DNA of 64,000 nucleotides from Polyangiales bacterium (GTDB lineage: Bacteria > Myxococcota_A > Polyangia > Polyangiales > Ga0077539), in the NCBI GenBank assembly GCA_044229975.1, contig JBGARZ010000019.1:96001-160000 (forward strand). Reading direction: 5' to 3'. Positions 35,283 to 44,726 of the stretch are shown in pieces. Positions within the stretch are counted from its first letter, which is position 1; every line of letters starts with the position of its first letter. Under the pieces are notes generated by a model. That model was given only the letters and a program-made list of their open reading frames with translations, had not been told where the DNA came from and did not search any database. The translations under genes and the position numbers were made by a program.

Positions 35283-37064
35283 TCAACGCGGTTGGAAGTA
35301 GGTCCTCACCTGCGAACGGTACTCCGCGGGGATGTCCGATCGATCGACGCCCCGCAGCGCCTCCGCCGCGGCGCCCTCCAGCGCGCCCGAGCGCATCGTC
35401 CGCGCGACGCCACCCGCGCTGCCGTTGATGCGCTGCACCGACGCGGCCCCCGTGCCGCCGCCGCGCACCACTGCCCGCGTCCGCGCTCGCAGCCCCTCGT
35501 GCCCATCGATCGCCGCCGTGGAGCCGTCGTGCTCGCCCGCCCCGCCGCCGCGTCCGCCGCCTTCTCCGCCCTGCTGGCCGCGCCCGTGGCCGTCCTGCCC
35601 GCCGAGCTGCGCCGTCGCCCGCCCCGCTGCGTCCTCCGCGCCGCCGAGGCCCCGCTGCATCGCCCGCACCCCACCGCCCGGCATCGGCACCGGGACGCCG
35701 CCACCCGCCGCGCCTTCGCCCTCGTCGTCACCCGCCTGCGCGAGCTCACGCAACCGGCGCGCGAGCTGCTCGGCCGTCATCGGCTGTTCGCTCCGCGCCT
35801 GCCCTTCTCCCTGGTTCGCTGGGTCGCCCGCCCGCGACGCCGATTGGGGGCGCGCCAGGGCCTGTCGCATGCGCTCGGCGACGCGCTCTCGCTCCTGTGC
35901 GGTGAGCATCGCGAGGGCTCGCTCCATCACCTCGGCGAGGTCGCGCGCGCTCTCGTCCGAAGGCAGCCGTTCGAGGTGCTCGGCCGCCCGTCGCACCGCT
36001 TCGTTCTGTCCGAGCTGCGTGGCGAGCGCGCGCAGGAGCTGGTTGCGGTCGGCCCTCCGGTGCAGGAGCTCTTCCTCCTGGTGGAGCGCGTCGGCGAGGT
36101 CGTTGGCGCCCGCGCCCTGCGCCGCATCCGCCGCCTCGGAGAGGGCAGCCCGCGCCCTCTCGCGGTCGGCCGACTCGCGCGCGTTGGCGAGCCGCTCCAT
36201 GGCGCGATCGAGGGCCTCCAGGTCGTGCGCCTCCAGCGCCTGTGCGGCCCCCGCAAAGCCCACTCGCGCGAGCACCCCGGCCGCCCGCTCGACGCCGCGC
36301 TCGCCGTCGCCCCGCCACATCCGTTCGCGCTCCGCCGCCACCGTCGCGCGCAGCCGCTCGGCCGCGGTCATCGCCTCGCGCCGATCGATGCCCGTCGCCA
36401 GTTGCTCCCGCAGCCGCCTCGCCTCCGCCGAGATCGCCTCCAGCCGCGCCTGCCTCGCGTCGTCGCGCGTCGGCAGCCTTCCCACCGCCTCGACCGCCGA
36501 CCACCCCGCGGGCGCCTCCATCTGCACGCGCTCGCTCTCGGTCTCCATCGGCGCCACCCGCGACGCCGCGGGTGTCGTCCGCGGCGCAAGCGCCAGCGCG
36601 ACGGTCGCCACCAGCATGCCCGCCGGGACGAGCTGCCAGCGCGACGCGACCCTCCGCAGCGACCCCTTGCCCAGCGCTCTCATGGCGAGCACCGCCTCCC
36701 GTCGCAGGTGCTCTCCTACCTCCGTGGGTAGACCGTCCCCCGCTTCCAGCGCCGTGGTGATCACCTCCGCGCTACCACCCTTCGCGTCGAGGTACAGCGC
36801 CACTGCGGCGTCGTCCCAGCGCCGCCACCATGCGAGCCCCGCTCCGACCGCCCCTCCCATCGGAACCACCATCGCCCCGAGCACGATCGCCCCGCCGTGT
36901 CCCGTCGCCCACGCGACCGTGGCACCCGCGACCACGGCGAGCGCTCCCACCGATGCACCGCGCAGTCCCCAGCTCAGGGCGTGGCGACGATGAACGGCCG
37001 CCCGCCACCGCGCGAACGCGGCGCGAAACGTGATGTCGCTGTCGGGGCGGGCCGTCTGGAACAT
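35283..37064 (-). CDS. Membrane-anchored coiled-coil protein of MoxR operons
   Basis: Three N-terminal TM helices, long A/E/R coiled coil, Gly-rich linker and C-terminal IPAEYRSQVRTYF motif. Confidence 0.8.
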   Translation of the reverse strand: MFQTARPDSDITFRAAFARWRAAVHRRHALSWGLRGASVGALAVVAGATVAWATGHGGAIVLGAMVVPMGGAVGAGLAWWRRWDDAAVALYLDAKGGSAEVITTALEAGDGLPTEVGEHLRREAVLAMRALGKGSLRRVASRWQLVPAGMLVATVALALAPRTTPAASRVAPMETESERVQMEAPAGWSAVEAVGRLPTRDDARQARLEAISAEARRLREQLATGIDRREAMTAAERLRATVAAERERMWRGDGERGVERAAGVLARVGFAGAAQALEAHDLEALDRAMERLANARESADRERARAALSEAADAAQGAGANDLADALHQEEELLHRRADRNQLLRALATQLGQNEAVRRAAEHLERLPSDESARDLAEVMERALAMLTAQERERVAERMRQALARPQSASRAGDPANQGEGQARSEQPMTAEQLARRLRELAQAGDDEGEGAAGGGVPVPMPGGGVRAMQRGLGGAEDAAGRATAQLGGQDGHGRGQQGGEGGGRGGGAGEHDGSTAAIDGHEGLRARTRAVVRGGGTGAASVQRINGSAGGVARTMRSGALEGAAAEALRGVDRSDIPAEYRSQVRTYFQPR

Positions 37065-37138
37065 CGTGCACTGTGACGCGCGGTGACCCCCGGGAGGTTC
37101 CCGCAACGGCTCACGGTTGCACAGGGCGTGCGCGGCGA

Positions 37139-38668
37139 TCAGTTCGGTCGGCGGGCGGCGCCGGGGACGACGCCGACGATGTGCACCTCGACGCGGCGGT
37201 TGGTGGCGCGACCCTCGGGCGTGCCGTTGTCGGCGATGGGTCGGTCGGGGCCGAAGCCATGGGCCTCGACGCGGTCGACGAGGATGCCGTGGTCGATGAG
37301 GTACATCCGCACGGCGCGGGCGCGGCGCTGCGACAGGTCGACGTTGACGTCCCGGTCGCCCACCGCGTCGGTGTAGCCCTGGATGTCGATGCGGGTGATC
37401 TCCGCGTGCGCGCGCAGCACGGCCACCAGGGCGTCGAGGATCTCGAAGCTGCGCCGCCCGATGATGCGATCGCTCCCGGTGACGAAGTTCACCGGGTTGC
37501 CCTGGAGCTCGATCATCCCGGAGCGGATCTCCACCATCGGCGCGACGGCCGTCTCGGGGCAGCCGTCGTCGTCGGTGACGTTGTTGAAGGTCTCGGCCGC
37601 GTCGGGGCACTGGTCGTGCGAGTCGACGTACCCGTCGCCGTCGCGGTCGCCCTCGGGGCAGCCCGCGCGCGTGCTGTCGGGCGCGGGCCCCGGCGGAAAC
37701 TCGGGGCAGGCGTCGAGGTGATCGGGGACGCCGTCCTGATCGCCGTCGGGCGCAGGACATCCCGCGCGAATCGGGTCGGCCGTGGCGCCTTGCGGGGTCT
37801 CCACGCACAGGTCGCGGTCGTCGGTCACGGAGTCGCCGTCGCGGTCGCGCATCGGGCACCCGCGGCGGTGCTCGTCGGGGTGGTCGCCCGGCGGGGCCGT
37901 GGGGCAGAGGTCATCGCCGTTCATCACCCCGTCGCGGTCGTCGTCGAGCACGGGGCAGCCGCGGCGCGCGTGATCGGCGTTGGGCCCGGCCGAGAGGTTG
38001 GGGCACTGATCGTCCACGTCGGCGACGCCGTCCTCGTCGCGGTCGGCGGGGGTCTCGGCGTCGGCCTCGCGCGGCGTCGTATGAAACGACACCGACAGTC
38101 CGCCGCCGAGGTAGCGCGCGTCGTCGGGAAACATCTCGGGCTGCCCATCGTCGCGCGTGTCGGTCTGCACCGTCTGCGCGTAGCGAATCACCGGCCCGAG
38201 CGAAAACGCGTCCGACACCCTGAACTCGAAGCCCGCCCCGACGTCGAGCTGCGGCGCCCGCGCGTCGCCCGTAAACGCGATACCCACGTTGGCGTCGAGG
38301 ATGAGCCGACCCGCTGATCCGACGCGCGGCTCGACGCGGGCGCCCAGCATCGGCGCAAACACCCAGCCCGTCTCGCGCCCTTCGCCCGTCGGAAACACCC
38401 AGTTGGTGAGCGACGCCTGCAACGCGAACGCGTCGGCGAGCGACCACCCAACCCGCAGCGAGGCTTGCAGCGTCGGGCCAAAATCCTTGGCCTCACCGCT
38501 GTACGCGGTGACGTCGGCGTTGCGCTGAAACTCCGACAGCATCGCGCCCGCCCCCAGCTCCAGCCGCAGCGCGAAGCGGTCGCGCGTCTGGGCCGCCGCC
38601 GGGGTGGACGCGAGCGCGAGCACCGCCGCGCATCGCGCGATGTCCCGTCGGGTTCTGTGCCTCGCCAT
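37139..38668 (-). CDS. OmpA family outer-membrane protein with thrombospondin type-3 repeats
   Basis: Signal peptide, beta-barrel, DxDxDGVxDxxDxCP repeats and OmpA_C motifs IQGYTD, NVDLSQRRA, NRRVE; GGAGAGG SD. Confidence 0.93.
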   Translation of the reverse strand: MARHRTRRDIARCAAVLALASTPAAAQTRDRFALRLELGAGAMLSEFQRNADVTAYSGEAKDFGPTLQASLRVGWSLADAFALQASLTNWVFPTGEGRETGWVFAPMLGARVEPRVGSAGRLILDANVGIAFTGDARAPQLDVGAGFEFRVSDAFSLGPVIRYAQTVQTDTRDDGQPEMFPDDARYLGGGLSVSFHTTPREADAETPADRDEDGVADVDDQCPNLSAGPNADHARRGCPVLDDDRDGVMNGDDLCPTAPPGDHPDEHRRGCPMRDRDGDSVTDDRDLCVETPQGATADPIRAGCPAPDGDQDGVPDHLDACPEFPPGPAPDSTRAGCPEGDRDGDGYVDSHDQCPDAAETFNNVTDDDGCPETAVAPMVEIRSGMIELQGNPVNFVTGSDRIIGRRSFEILDALVAVLRAHAEITRIDIQGYTDAVGDRDVNVDLSQRRARAVRMYLIDHGILVDRVEAHGFGPDRPIADNGTPEGRATNRRVEVHIVGVVPGAARRPN

Positions 38669-38738
38669 GCCGAACCTCTCCATTGCCCCGCGTGGCCTCA
38701 GTGGGCGCAGGCGGATGCGCCGCGGATGATCCTCCAAG

Positions 38739-38754
38739 AGCGTTCGCCGTACCA
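38739..38754 (-). promoter_or_regulatory. Possible sigma54 promoter of the OmpA gene
   Basis: Minus strand TGGTACG-GCGA-ACGCT; GG/GC spacing correct, but several mismatches to consensus. Confidence 0.35.
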
Positions 38755-38882
38755 ACAATCATGAGGCGGCGCAGGTCAGGCCCCGGCGCGGCCCGAAACT
38801 AACCCCCTGTGCGTCGCGGTGCTTTAGCATCACAGGTGACTGGTCCCCGGGTCGCGTTATCGGAAGGTGGAGAGCGTCTGTG

Positions 38883-41800
38883 ATGGTTTCGTCGTTGACG
38901 GCGCGGGGCATCGCCCTCGCGGGGCTCCTGGTGGTCACGATGTCCGGCGGCTGCGTTCGCTTCGGCGCCGCCGTGATCGGAGGCACCGGCTCCGACGCGG
39001 CCCCGACCACGGACGGCGCTCCGGTCGATGACCTCGCCGATGTCGTCGACGCGGGCTCACTCGACGCCGACGTCACCGCCATCGATGTGCCCGTCGCCGA
39101 CCTCGTCGAGGTCGACGTCCCCGACGTCGCGTCCGTCGACGCGGGCCCGCGCTGCCGACAAAACGACGACTGCACCGACCCCCTCCGCGCGCTCTGTGAC
39201 GTCGCGACGGGCCGCTGCCTGGGCTGCCTCGCCTCACCCGACACCTGTCCCCTGGGGCGCTTCTGCGACGCCACGGAGACCTGTCAGCTCGGTTGCCGCG
39301 CCGACGGCGACTGCGCCATCCCGGGCGTCGCCGACGCGGGTCCGAGCCCCCGCCGCTGCGACCTCGTGCGCCACACCTGCGGCGACTGCCTCGTCAACTC
39401 CGACTGTCCCTCCGGCGCCACCTGCGTCGGCGGCGCGTGCGCGGCGGGCTGCGGGGCGGGGCGTTCGTGCGCGGCGGGTCAGACCTGCTGCGGCGACGCG
39501 TGCGTCGACATCACCACCAACGCCACGCACTGCGGCGCGTGCGGCGAGCGCTGCGACCTCTTGCACAGCAACGCCGTCTGCCTCGGCGGCGAGTGCGCGG
39601 TGGGCACCTGCACGGGCAACTTCGGCGACTGCGATGGGCGCCCCGAAAACGGGTGCGAGACCCCGCTGCGGTCGGCCTCCCACTGCGGGGCGTGCGGCCG
39701 GTCGTGCGCGGTTCCGCCCAACGCGCTGCCGACCTGCGACGAGGTCTCGGGCACCTGCGGCTTCGTGTGCCTCACCGGCTACGCCGACTGCGACGGGCGC
39801 TCCGACAACGGGTGCGAAGCCGAGCTCTCCAACAGCGTCGACCACTGCGGCGCCTGCAACCGCGCGTGTCGACCGGCCAACGCCGTCGGGAGCTGCGCCG
39901 CGGGGAGCTGCGCGGTCGGGAGCTGCACCGGCGGTTACGCCAACTGCGACGGCCTCGCGAGCAACGGCTGCGAGGTCGACCCGCGCACCGATTCGTCCCA
40001 CTGCGGCGCCTGCGCGACGGCCTGCACCGCGAGCCCCGGCGGCACCGCCTCCTGCGCCGCGGGCGTCTGTGAGCGTCGGTGCCGCGCGGGCTACGCGGAC
40101 TGCGACGGCGTCGCGGGCAACGGCTGCGAGGTCGACACCACGAGCAGCCTCAACCACTGCGGCGCGTGCGGCGTGGCGTGCCGCGCGACCCACGGGACGG
40201 GCGTCTGCCGCGCGGGCGGTTGTGCGGTCGCGAGCTGCGACGCCGGCTACGGCGACTGCGACGGCGTCGCGAGCAACGGCTGCGAGGTCGACCTGAGTGG
40301 CGACGGCGCCCACTGCGGGACGTGCGCGATCTCGTGCACCGGCACCCAGGTCTGCGCGATGGGAACCTGCCGCACGGCCTGCATGCCGGGCCAGACCACC
40401 TGCGGCGCGAGCTGCGCCAACCTCGACACCGACGTGACCAACTGCGGCGCGTGCGGTCGTCGCTGCGGGTCGGGCCAGCTCTGCGTCGCCGGGGCGTGTC
40501 AGCTCGACTGCGCGTCGCTGGGGCAGTCGCTCTGCGGTGGGGCGTGCGTGCGGCTGACGAGCGACCCGTTCAACTGCGGCCGCTGCGACAACCGCTGCCC
40601 GTCGGGGGCCAGCGCCACGGCGGTGTGCGTGGCGAGCGCGTGCGCCCTCGTGTGCGCCGCGGGGACCGGCGACTGCGACGGCGCGGCGTCGACGGGATGT
40701 GAGGCGAGCCTGGCGAGTGACCTCCGCAACTGCGGGGCGTGCGGTCGCGCGTGTGCGACGGCCAACGCGTCGGCGGTGTGCACGAGCGGGCGCTGCGCCA
40801 TCGCGCGCTGTGACGCTGGCTACGGCGACTGCGACGGCGACCCCGGGACGGGCTGCGAGACGTCGCTGCGGGCCGACGCGCGCAACTGCGGGGCGTGCGG
40901 CGTGGTGTGCGGCGGCGGGACGGTGTGCACCGACGGGACGTGCGTTCCGCGGCCTGGGACGACCGTGATCGCGGGCACGACGGTGATCAACACGGTGCGG
41001 GCGGTGGCGAGCGGCACCGCGGGCACGACGACGTTGCGCCTCGGGGCGGGCGTCGGCGGCTTCGCGGTCGGGGCGCTGGTGATGGTGCATCAGACGCAGT
41101 CGCGGGCCGGGGACGCGGGTCGCTACGAGCTGCGGCGCGTGACGGCCGTGGCGAGCGGGACGCTCACCCTCGATGCCGCGTTGAGCCGCGGGTACACGAG
41201 CGACGCGGCCGTCGGGGCGCACGCGCAGGTGGTGGCGGTGCAGTCGTACGTCGACCTCTTCGTGAGCAGCACCGGCGTGCTCACGGCCCCCGCCTGGAAC
41301 GGCCTCCACGGCGGTCTCCTCGCCGTCGACGTGACGGGCGACGCGGTGATCGAGGGCCAGGTCAACATGGACGGCCGCGGGTTTCGCGGCACCACGCACC
41401 CGTGCTCGGCGGGCTTGTATCTGTGCATGGTGGGCGTTCAGGGCGAGTCGCCGCGGGGCGTCGGCGTGGCGTCGCGCGCGGCCAACAACGGCGGCGGCGG
41501 TGGTGGCGGATCGGGCGCCGACTGCGGCTCGGGCGGCGGCGGCGCGTACGGCGCGATCGGGGTCACCGGCTCCAACGGCGACTGCAACAACGAGTCGGGC
41601 GGCGGGCAGTGCGCGTCGGGGTGTCCCAACCCGGGCGGCGCCGGGGGAGGGGCCTACGGCGCGGCCGACCTCAGCACGGAGATGCACCTCGGGAGCGCGG
41701 GTGGTGAGGGGGGCGGCGACGAGGACGGCGAGACGCCCGGCGGCGGCGGCAACGGCGGCGGCGCGGTGTGGTTTCGCGCGGCGCGCACGCTGGAGGTCAG

Positions 41801-42110
41801 CGGGTCGATCACCGCGGGCGGAACGGCCGGCCTCGAAGGCAACCAGACCGGCTGCGGCCAGGGCGAGGGCTGCGGCATGGGCGGCGGCGGCGGCGGGTCG
41901 GGCGGCGCGGTGCGGCTCGCGGCGGCGACGCGGGTGACCCTCGGCGCCGATCGGGTGCGCGCGGCGGGCGGCGGCGGCGGGGTGTGTAGCTGCGGGCGCA
42001 TCGACCGGCCCGAGCGGAGCTACCCCGGCGGTCGCGGAGGGGTTGGCCGCATCGGGGTCCTGTCGGCGCGCGTTGATGGATCGTCGACGCCCGCGCACGA
42101 CCCAAGGTAG
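38883..42110 (+). CDS. Cys-rich repeat exported protein/lipoprotein with a C-terminal glycine-rich domain
   Basis: Signal peptide ending SGGC; DAG linker; 7 (D/N)CDGxxx(N/T)GCE units; then TAPAWNGLHGG, GRGFRG and poly-Gly segments. Confidence 0.88.
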   Translation: MVSSLTARGIALAGLLVVTMSGGCVRFGAAVIGGTGSDAAPTTDGAPVDDLADVVDAGSLDADVTAIDVPVADLVEVDVPDVASVDAGPRCRQNDDCTDPLRALCDVATGRCLGCLASPDTCPLGRFCDATETCQLGCRADGDCAIPGVADAGPSPRRCDLVRHTCGDCLVNSDCPSGATCVGGACAAGCGAGRSCAAGQTCCGDACVDITTNATHCGACGERCDLLHSNAVCLGGECAVGTCTGNFGDCDGRPENGCETPLRSASHCGACGRSCAVPPNALPTCDEVSGTCGFVCLTGYADCDGRSDNGCEAELSNSVDHCGACNRACRPANAVGSCAAGSCAVGSCTGGYANCDGLASNGCEVDPRTDSSHCGACATACTASPGGTASCAAGVCERRCRAGYADCDGVAGNGCEVDTTSSLNHCGACGVACRATHGTGVCRAGGCAVASCDAGYGDCDGVASNGCEVDLSGDGAHCGTCAISCTGTQVCAMGTCRTACMPGQTTCGASCANLDTDVTNCGACGRRCGSGQLCVAGACQLDCASLGQSLCGGACVRLTSDPFNCGRCDNRCPSGASATAVCVASACALVCAAGTGDCDGAASTGCEASLASDLRNCGACGRACATANASAVCTSGRCAIARCDAGYGDCDGDPGTGCETSLRADARNCGACGVVCGGGTVCTDGTCVPRPGTTVIAGTTVINTVRAVASGTAGTTTLRLGAGVGGFAVGALVMVHQTQSRAGDAGRYELRRVTAVASGTLTLDAALSRGYTSDAAVGAHAQVVAVQSYVDLFVSSTGVLTAPAWNGLHGGLLAVDVTGDAVIEGQVNMDGRGFRGTTHPCSAGLYLCMVGVQGESPRGVGVASRAANNGGGGGGGSGADCGSGGGGAYGAIGVTGSNGDCNNESGGGQCASGCPNPGGAGGGAYGAADLSTEMHLGSAGGEGGGDEDGETPGGGGNGGGAVWFRAARTLEVSGSITAGGTAGLEGNQTGCGQGEGCGMGGGGGGSGGAVRLAAATRVTLGADRVRAAGGGGGVCSCGRIDRPERSYPGGRGGVGRIGVLSARVDGSSTPAHDPR

Positions 42111-42137
42111 AACCCCCCACGGCTATCGGGTTGGAAG

Positions 42138-44711
42138 TTGACGGGCGCCCCCCGGGGTGCGCGAGGATGGGTCCGAGGTCTTCTGACGTTGCGATCGAGC
42201 CTGCCAGGAAGCGCGATCTCCGGGGAGCTGAGACGAGGCGAGTCCGTGCTCGGCCGCTGCGTGGTCGAGCGGCGCGTGTGGCGCGACCGGCTTGCGTCGG
42301 TGTACCTCGCCCGCGGCCGTGAGCCCGGCGAGGTGTTCACCGTGTGGGCGGCGCACAGCGCGGTCATCGCGCGCTCCGAGCGGGCGGCGCACGTCTTCGG
42401 CCTGGAGATGGAGCGCCTCACGCTGCTGGAGCACCCGGGCATCCCCCAGATCATCGCCTTCGACGCCGCGGAGTCGGGCCCGGTGGTCATCTCCGCGCGT
42501 CGGCCCGGCAGCTCGCTGCGGGAGATCATCGCGTCGGGCTCCGACCGCTCGCCCCGGTTCGCTGCGCGGGTTCTCCAGGGGCTCGCGCGCATCCTCGAAG
42601 TGCTGCACTCGCAGTCGCCGCCGGTGCTGCACCGCGGGCTCATCCCCGAGCGCGTGACCCTCGACGAGGAGGGGGAGATCCACCTGGAGGAGTGCGGCTA
42701 CCTGCACGCGCTGGTCACGGCGGGCTTCGTCACCGACCGCACCGTCCTCGGCACCGGACAGCCCGGATATCTGGTGCCCGAAGAGCTGGCCTTCCCCGCG
42801 ACGCCCTCGCTCGACGCCTTCGCCCTGGCGACGCTGCTCTTCGAGCTCGTCACGGGAAAGCTCCCCTTCGGCGAGGTGTCGGCGGCGGAGCTGTCGCTCG
42901 CCCTGCGCGGCGAGCACCTGCCCATGGTCTCGCACCACCGCGACGACATGATGGGATCGGTCGACAGCGTGTTCGAGCGCGCCTTCGGGGTCGCCCGCGG
43001 CGAGGGCTACCCCACGGTGCAGGCCTTCGCGCGCGACCTCCTCCGCGCGCTCGACCCTGACGTCTCGACGCGGCTCACCGTGCCCGGTCCCGACCCGCAC
43101 GCCGCCGAGGGGGAGGGAGCCAACCTCTCCATCGCCATCGACCCCGAGCCCACGCCGTCCTACGGCGACTACGGCGCCATGCTCGCTCGCTTCGACGCCC
43201 GTCGTTCGGGGGCCGAGCCGATGCCCGACGAGCGCGAGCTCGCGTCCGACGACCCGAGCGCCGTGACCCCGCGCGTGGCGCGCCCAGGGCCGTCGGTGTT
43301 GTCCGTCCCGAGAGCAGAGCTCCCGGCCCACGCGGCTCCCCTGGGGTCGTCCAAGCGCACGCTGCCGGGCGGGTCGTTCGCGCTCCCGCCCAACGCGCTC
43401 GGTCGGGTGTCCCCGCCGTCCCTGGGACAGTCGGCCCTGCGCACGGGCCCGACGCGCCCGTCCCCTCGTGAGCCCGACCCCGACGCCTCCATCTCGCTCG
43501 TCGACCTCAGCGCCGACCTCGAGTCCGACGTGGTCTCGGTGCAGCTCCCCTCGTCGGCCCTCCAGACCATCGACGACGACGCCATCGCCCTGTCCTCGCG
43601 CGACCTCCAGCCGCTCGCCAACGCGGTCCGCGACGCCGCCGGTGGTTCGGTCCCCCACGACATCGCCCTGCTCGCCGACCAGCCCACGCAGGTCTCGCCC
43701 GCGCCCGCCCCGCGCCCGCTCGCGAGGGTCTCGCTCACCCCGCCGTCGGGTCGTCCGCTGTCGCGCCCAGCGCCCGCGTCCAGCCGCCCGCAGCGCCCGA
43801 CGCCGGCACCCCGCGCGCCCTCGTCCTCGCCGCCCGCCCGCTCGACCCCGTCGCCCCGCGCGCCCTCGCCGGCTCCCCCGATGCGCGCACCCTCCACCAC
43901 GCCTCCGGCGCGCGTGGCCTCGGCGCCTCCCGCGAGCGCCCCGCCCCGGCACTCGTACCCGTCGGACGTCCCGTCGCGGCTCCCGGCCCCGGCGCGCATC
44001 CCGTCCGACCTCGCCCACGCGCCCTCCTCGCTGCCGCCCGACGCCTCGCAGGTGTTCGCCCAGTCGGCGCGCGTGCTCGCCGTCTCGACGGTCATCGCCG
44101 CGGTCTGCGTCACCACCGGGCTGCTCTACATCGCGCGCTCCTCCGACGAGCTCGCCGCGGCGCTGCGTGCCCAAGGGGCGGCGTCACCCTCCGCGCCTGC
44201 GCCCGCGCTGGTCATTCCGTCGCCGACGCCCGCCGTGGACGCCGGGTCCGCGCCCATCGCCGTCCCGACGCCGTCCTTCGACGCGGGCGCTCCGTCGGTC
44301 GTCTCCGTCGACGCGGGCGCCTCCCCGGATGTTCCTCGCGCGGTCGCCGCGCCCACCCCTGTCGACGCGGGATCGCCCACCGTGGCGGTGCGTCCGGTGG
44401 GCCTTGGTCCGGTGCCCGGCGCACCGACGGTGGCGCGTCTCATCGCGGCGCTGCGCGCGCCCGTCGCCGACTGTGTCGAGGGCGTCGAAGCCCGGTCGGT
44501 GACCATGGTGCCGCGCTTCGACGGAGCTACCGGCGCGGTGGTGCACCTGCGCCTGCGCGGCATCTTCTCCGAGCCTCCGATGGCGCCCTGCCTCGACGAG
44601 GCCGTCCGCCGCGTTCGCATCGCGCCCTTCGGAGCGCCCACCTGGGAGCCGTCGCTCACCTTCCCCATCGCGGCGCCGCGCTGGACGCCCAACCCCAACA
44701 ACAGCCAGTAG
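42138..44711 (+). CDS. Hanks-type Ser/Thr kinase-like membrane protein (probable pseudokinase)
   Basis: Kinase fold remnants LEHPGIPQI, VLHRGLIPERV, GTGQPGYLVPEE, DAFALATLLFELVTGKLPF; Pro/Ser linker, TM and periplasmic Cys-pair domain; start uncertain. Confidence 0.8.
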   Translation: MTGAPRGARGWVRGLLTLRSSLPGSAISGELRRGESVLGRCVVERRVWRDRLASVYLARGREPGEVFTVWAAHSAVIARSERAAHVFGLEMERLTLLEHPGIPQIIAFDAAESGPVVISARRPGSSLREIIASGSDRSPRFAARVLQGLARILEVLHSQSPPVLHRGLIPERVTLDEEGEIHLEECGYLHALVTAGFVTDRTVLGTGQPGYLVPEELAFPATPSLDAFALATLLFELVTGKLPFGEVSAAELSLALRGEHLPMVSHHRDDMMGSVDSVFERAFGVARGEGYPTVQAFARDLLRALDPDVSTRLTVPGPDPHAAEGEGANLSIAIDPEPTPSYGDYGAMLARFDARRSGAEPMPDERELASDDPSAVTPRVARPGPSVLSVPRAELPAHAAPLGSSKRTLPGGSFALPPNALGRVSPPSLGQSALRTGPTRPSPREPDPDASISLVDLSADLESDVVSVQLPSSALQTIDDDAIALSSRDLQPLANAVRDAAGGSVPHDIALLADQPTQVSPAPAPRPLARVSLTPPSGRPLSRPAPASSRPQRPTPAPRAPSSSPPARSTPSPRAPSPAPPMRAPSTTPPARVASAPPASAPPRHSYPSDVPSRLPAPARIPSDLAHAPSSLPPDASQVFAQSARVLAVSTVIAAVCVTTGLLYIARSSDELAAALRAQGAASPSAPAPALVIPSPTPAVDAGSAPIAVPTPSFDAGAPSVVSVDAGASPDVPRAVAAPTPVDAGSPTVAVRPVGLGPVPGAPTVARLIAALRAPVADCVEGVEARSVTMVPRFDGATGAVVHLRLRGIFSEPPMAPCLDEAVRRVRIAPFGAPTWEPSLTFPIAAPRWTPNPNNSQ

Positions 44712-44726
44712 AGGGCCGCTGCCCGG

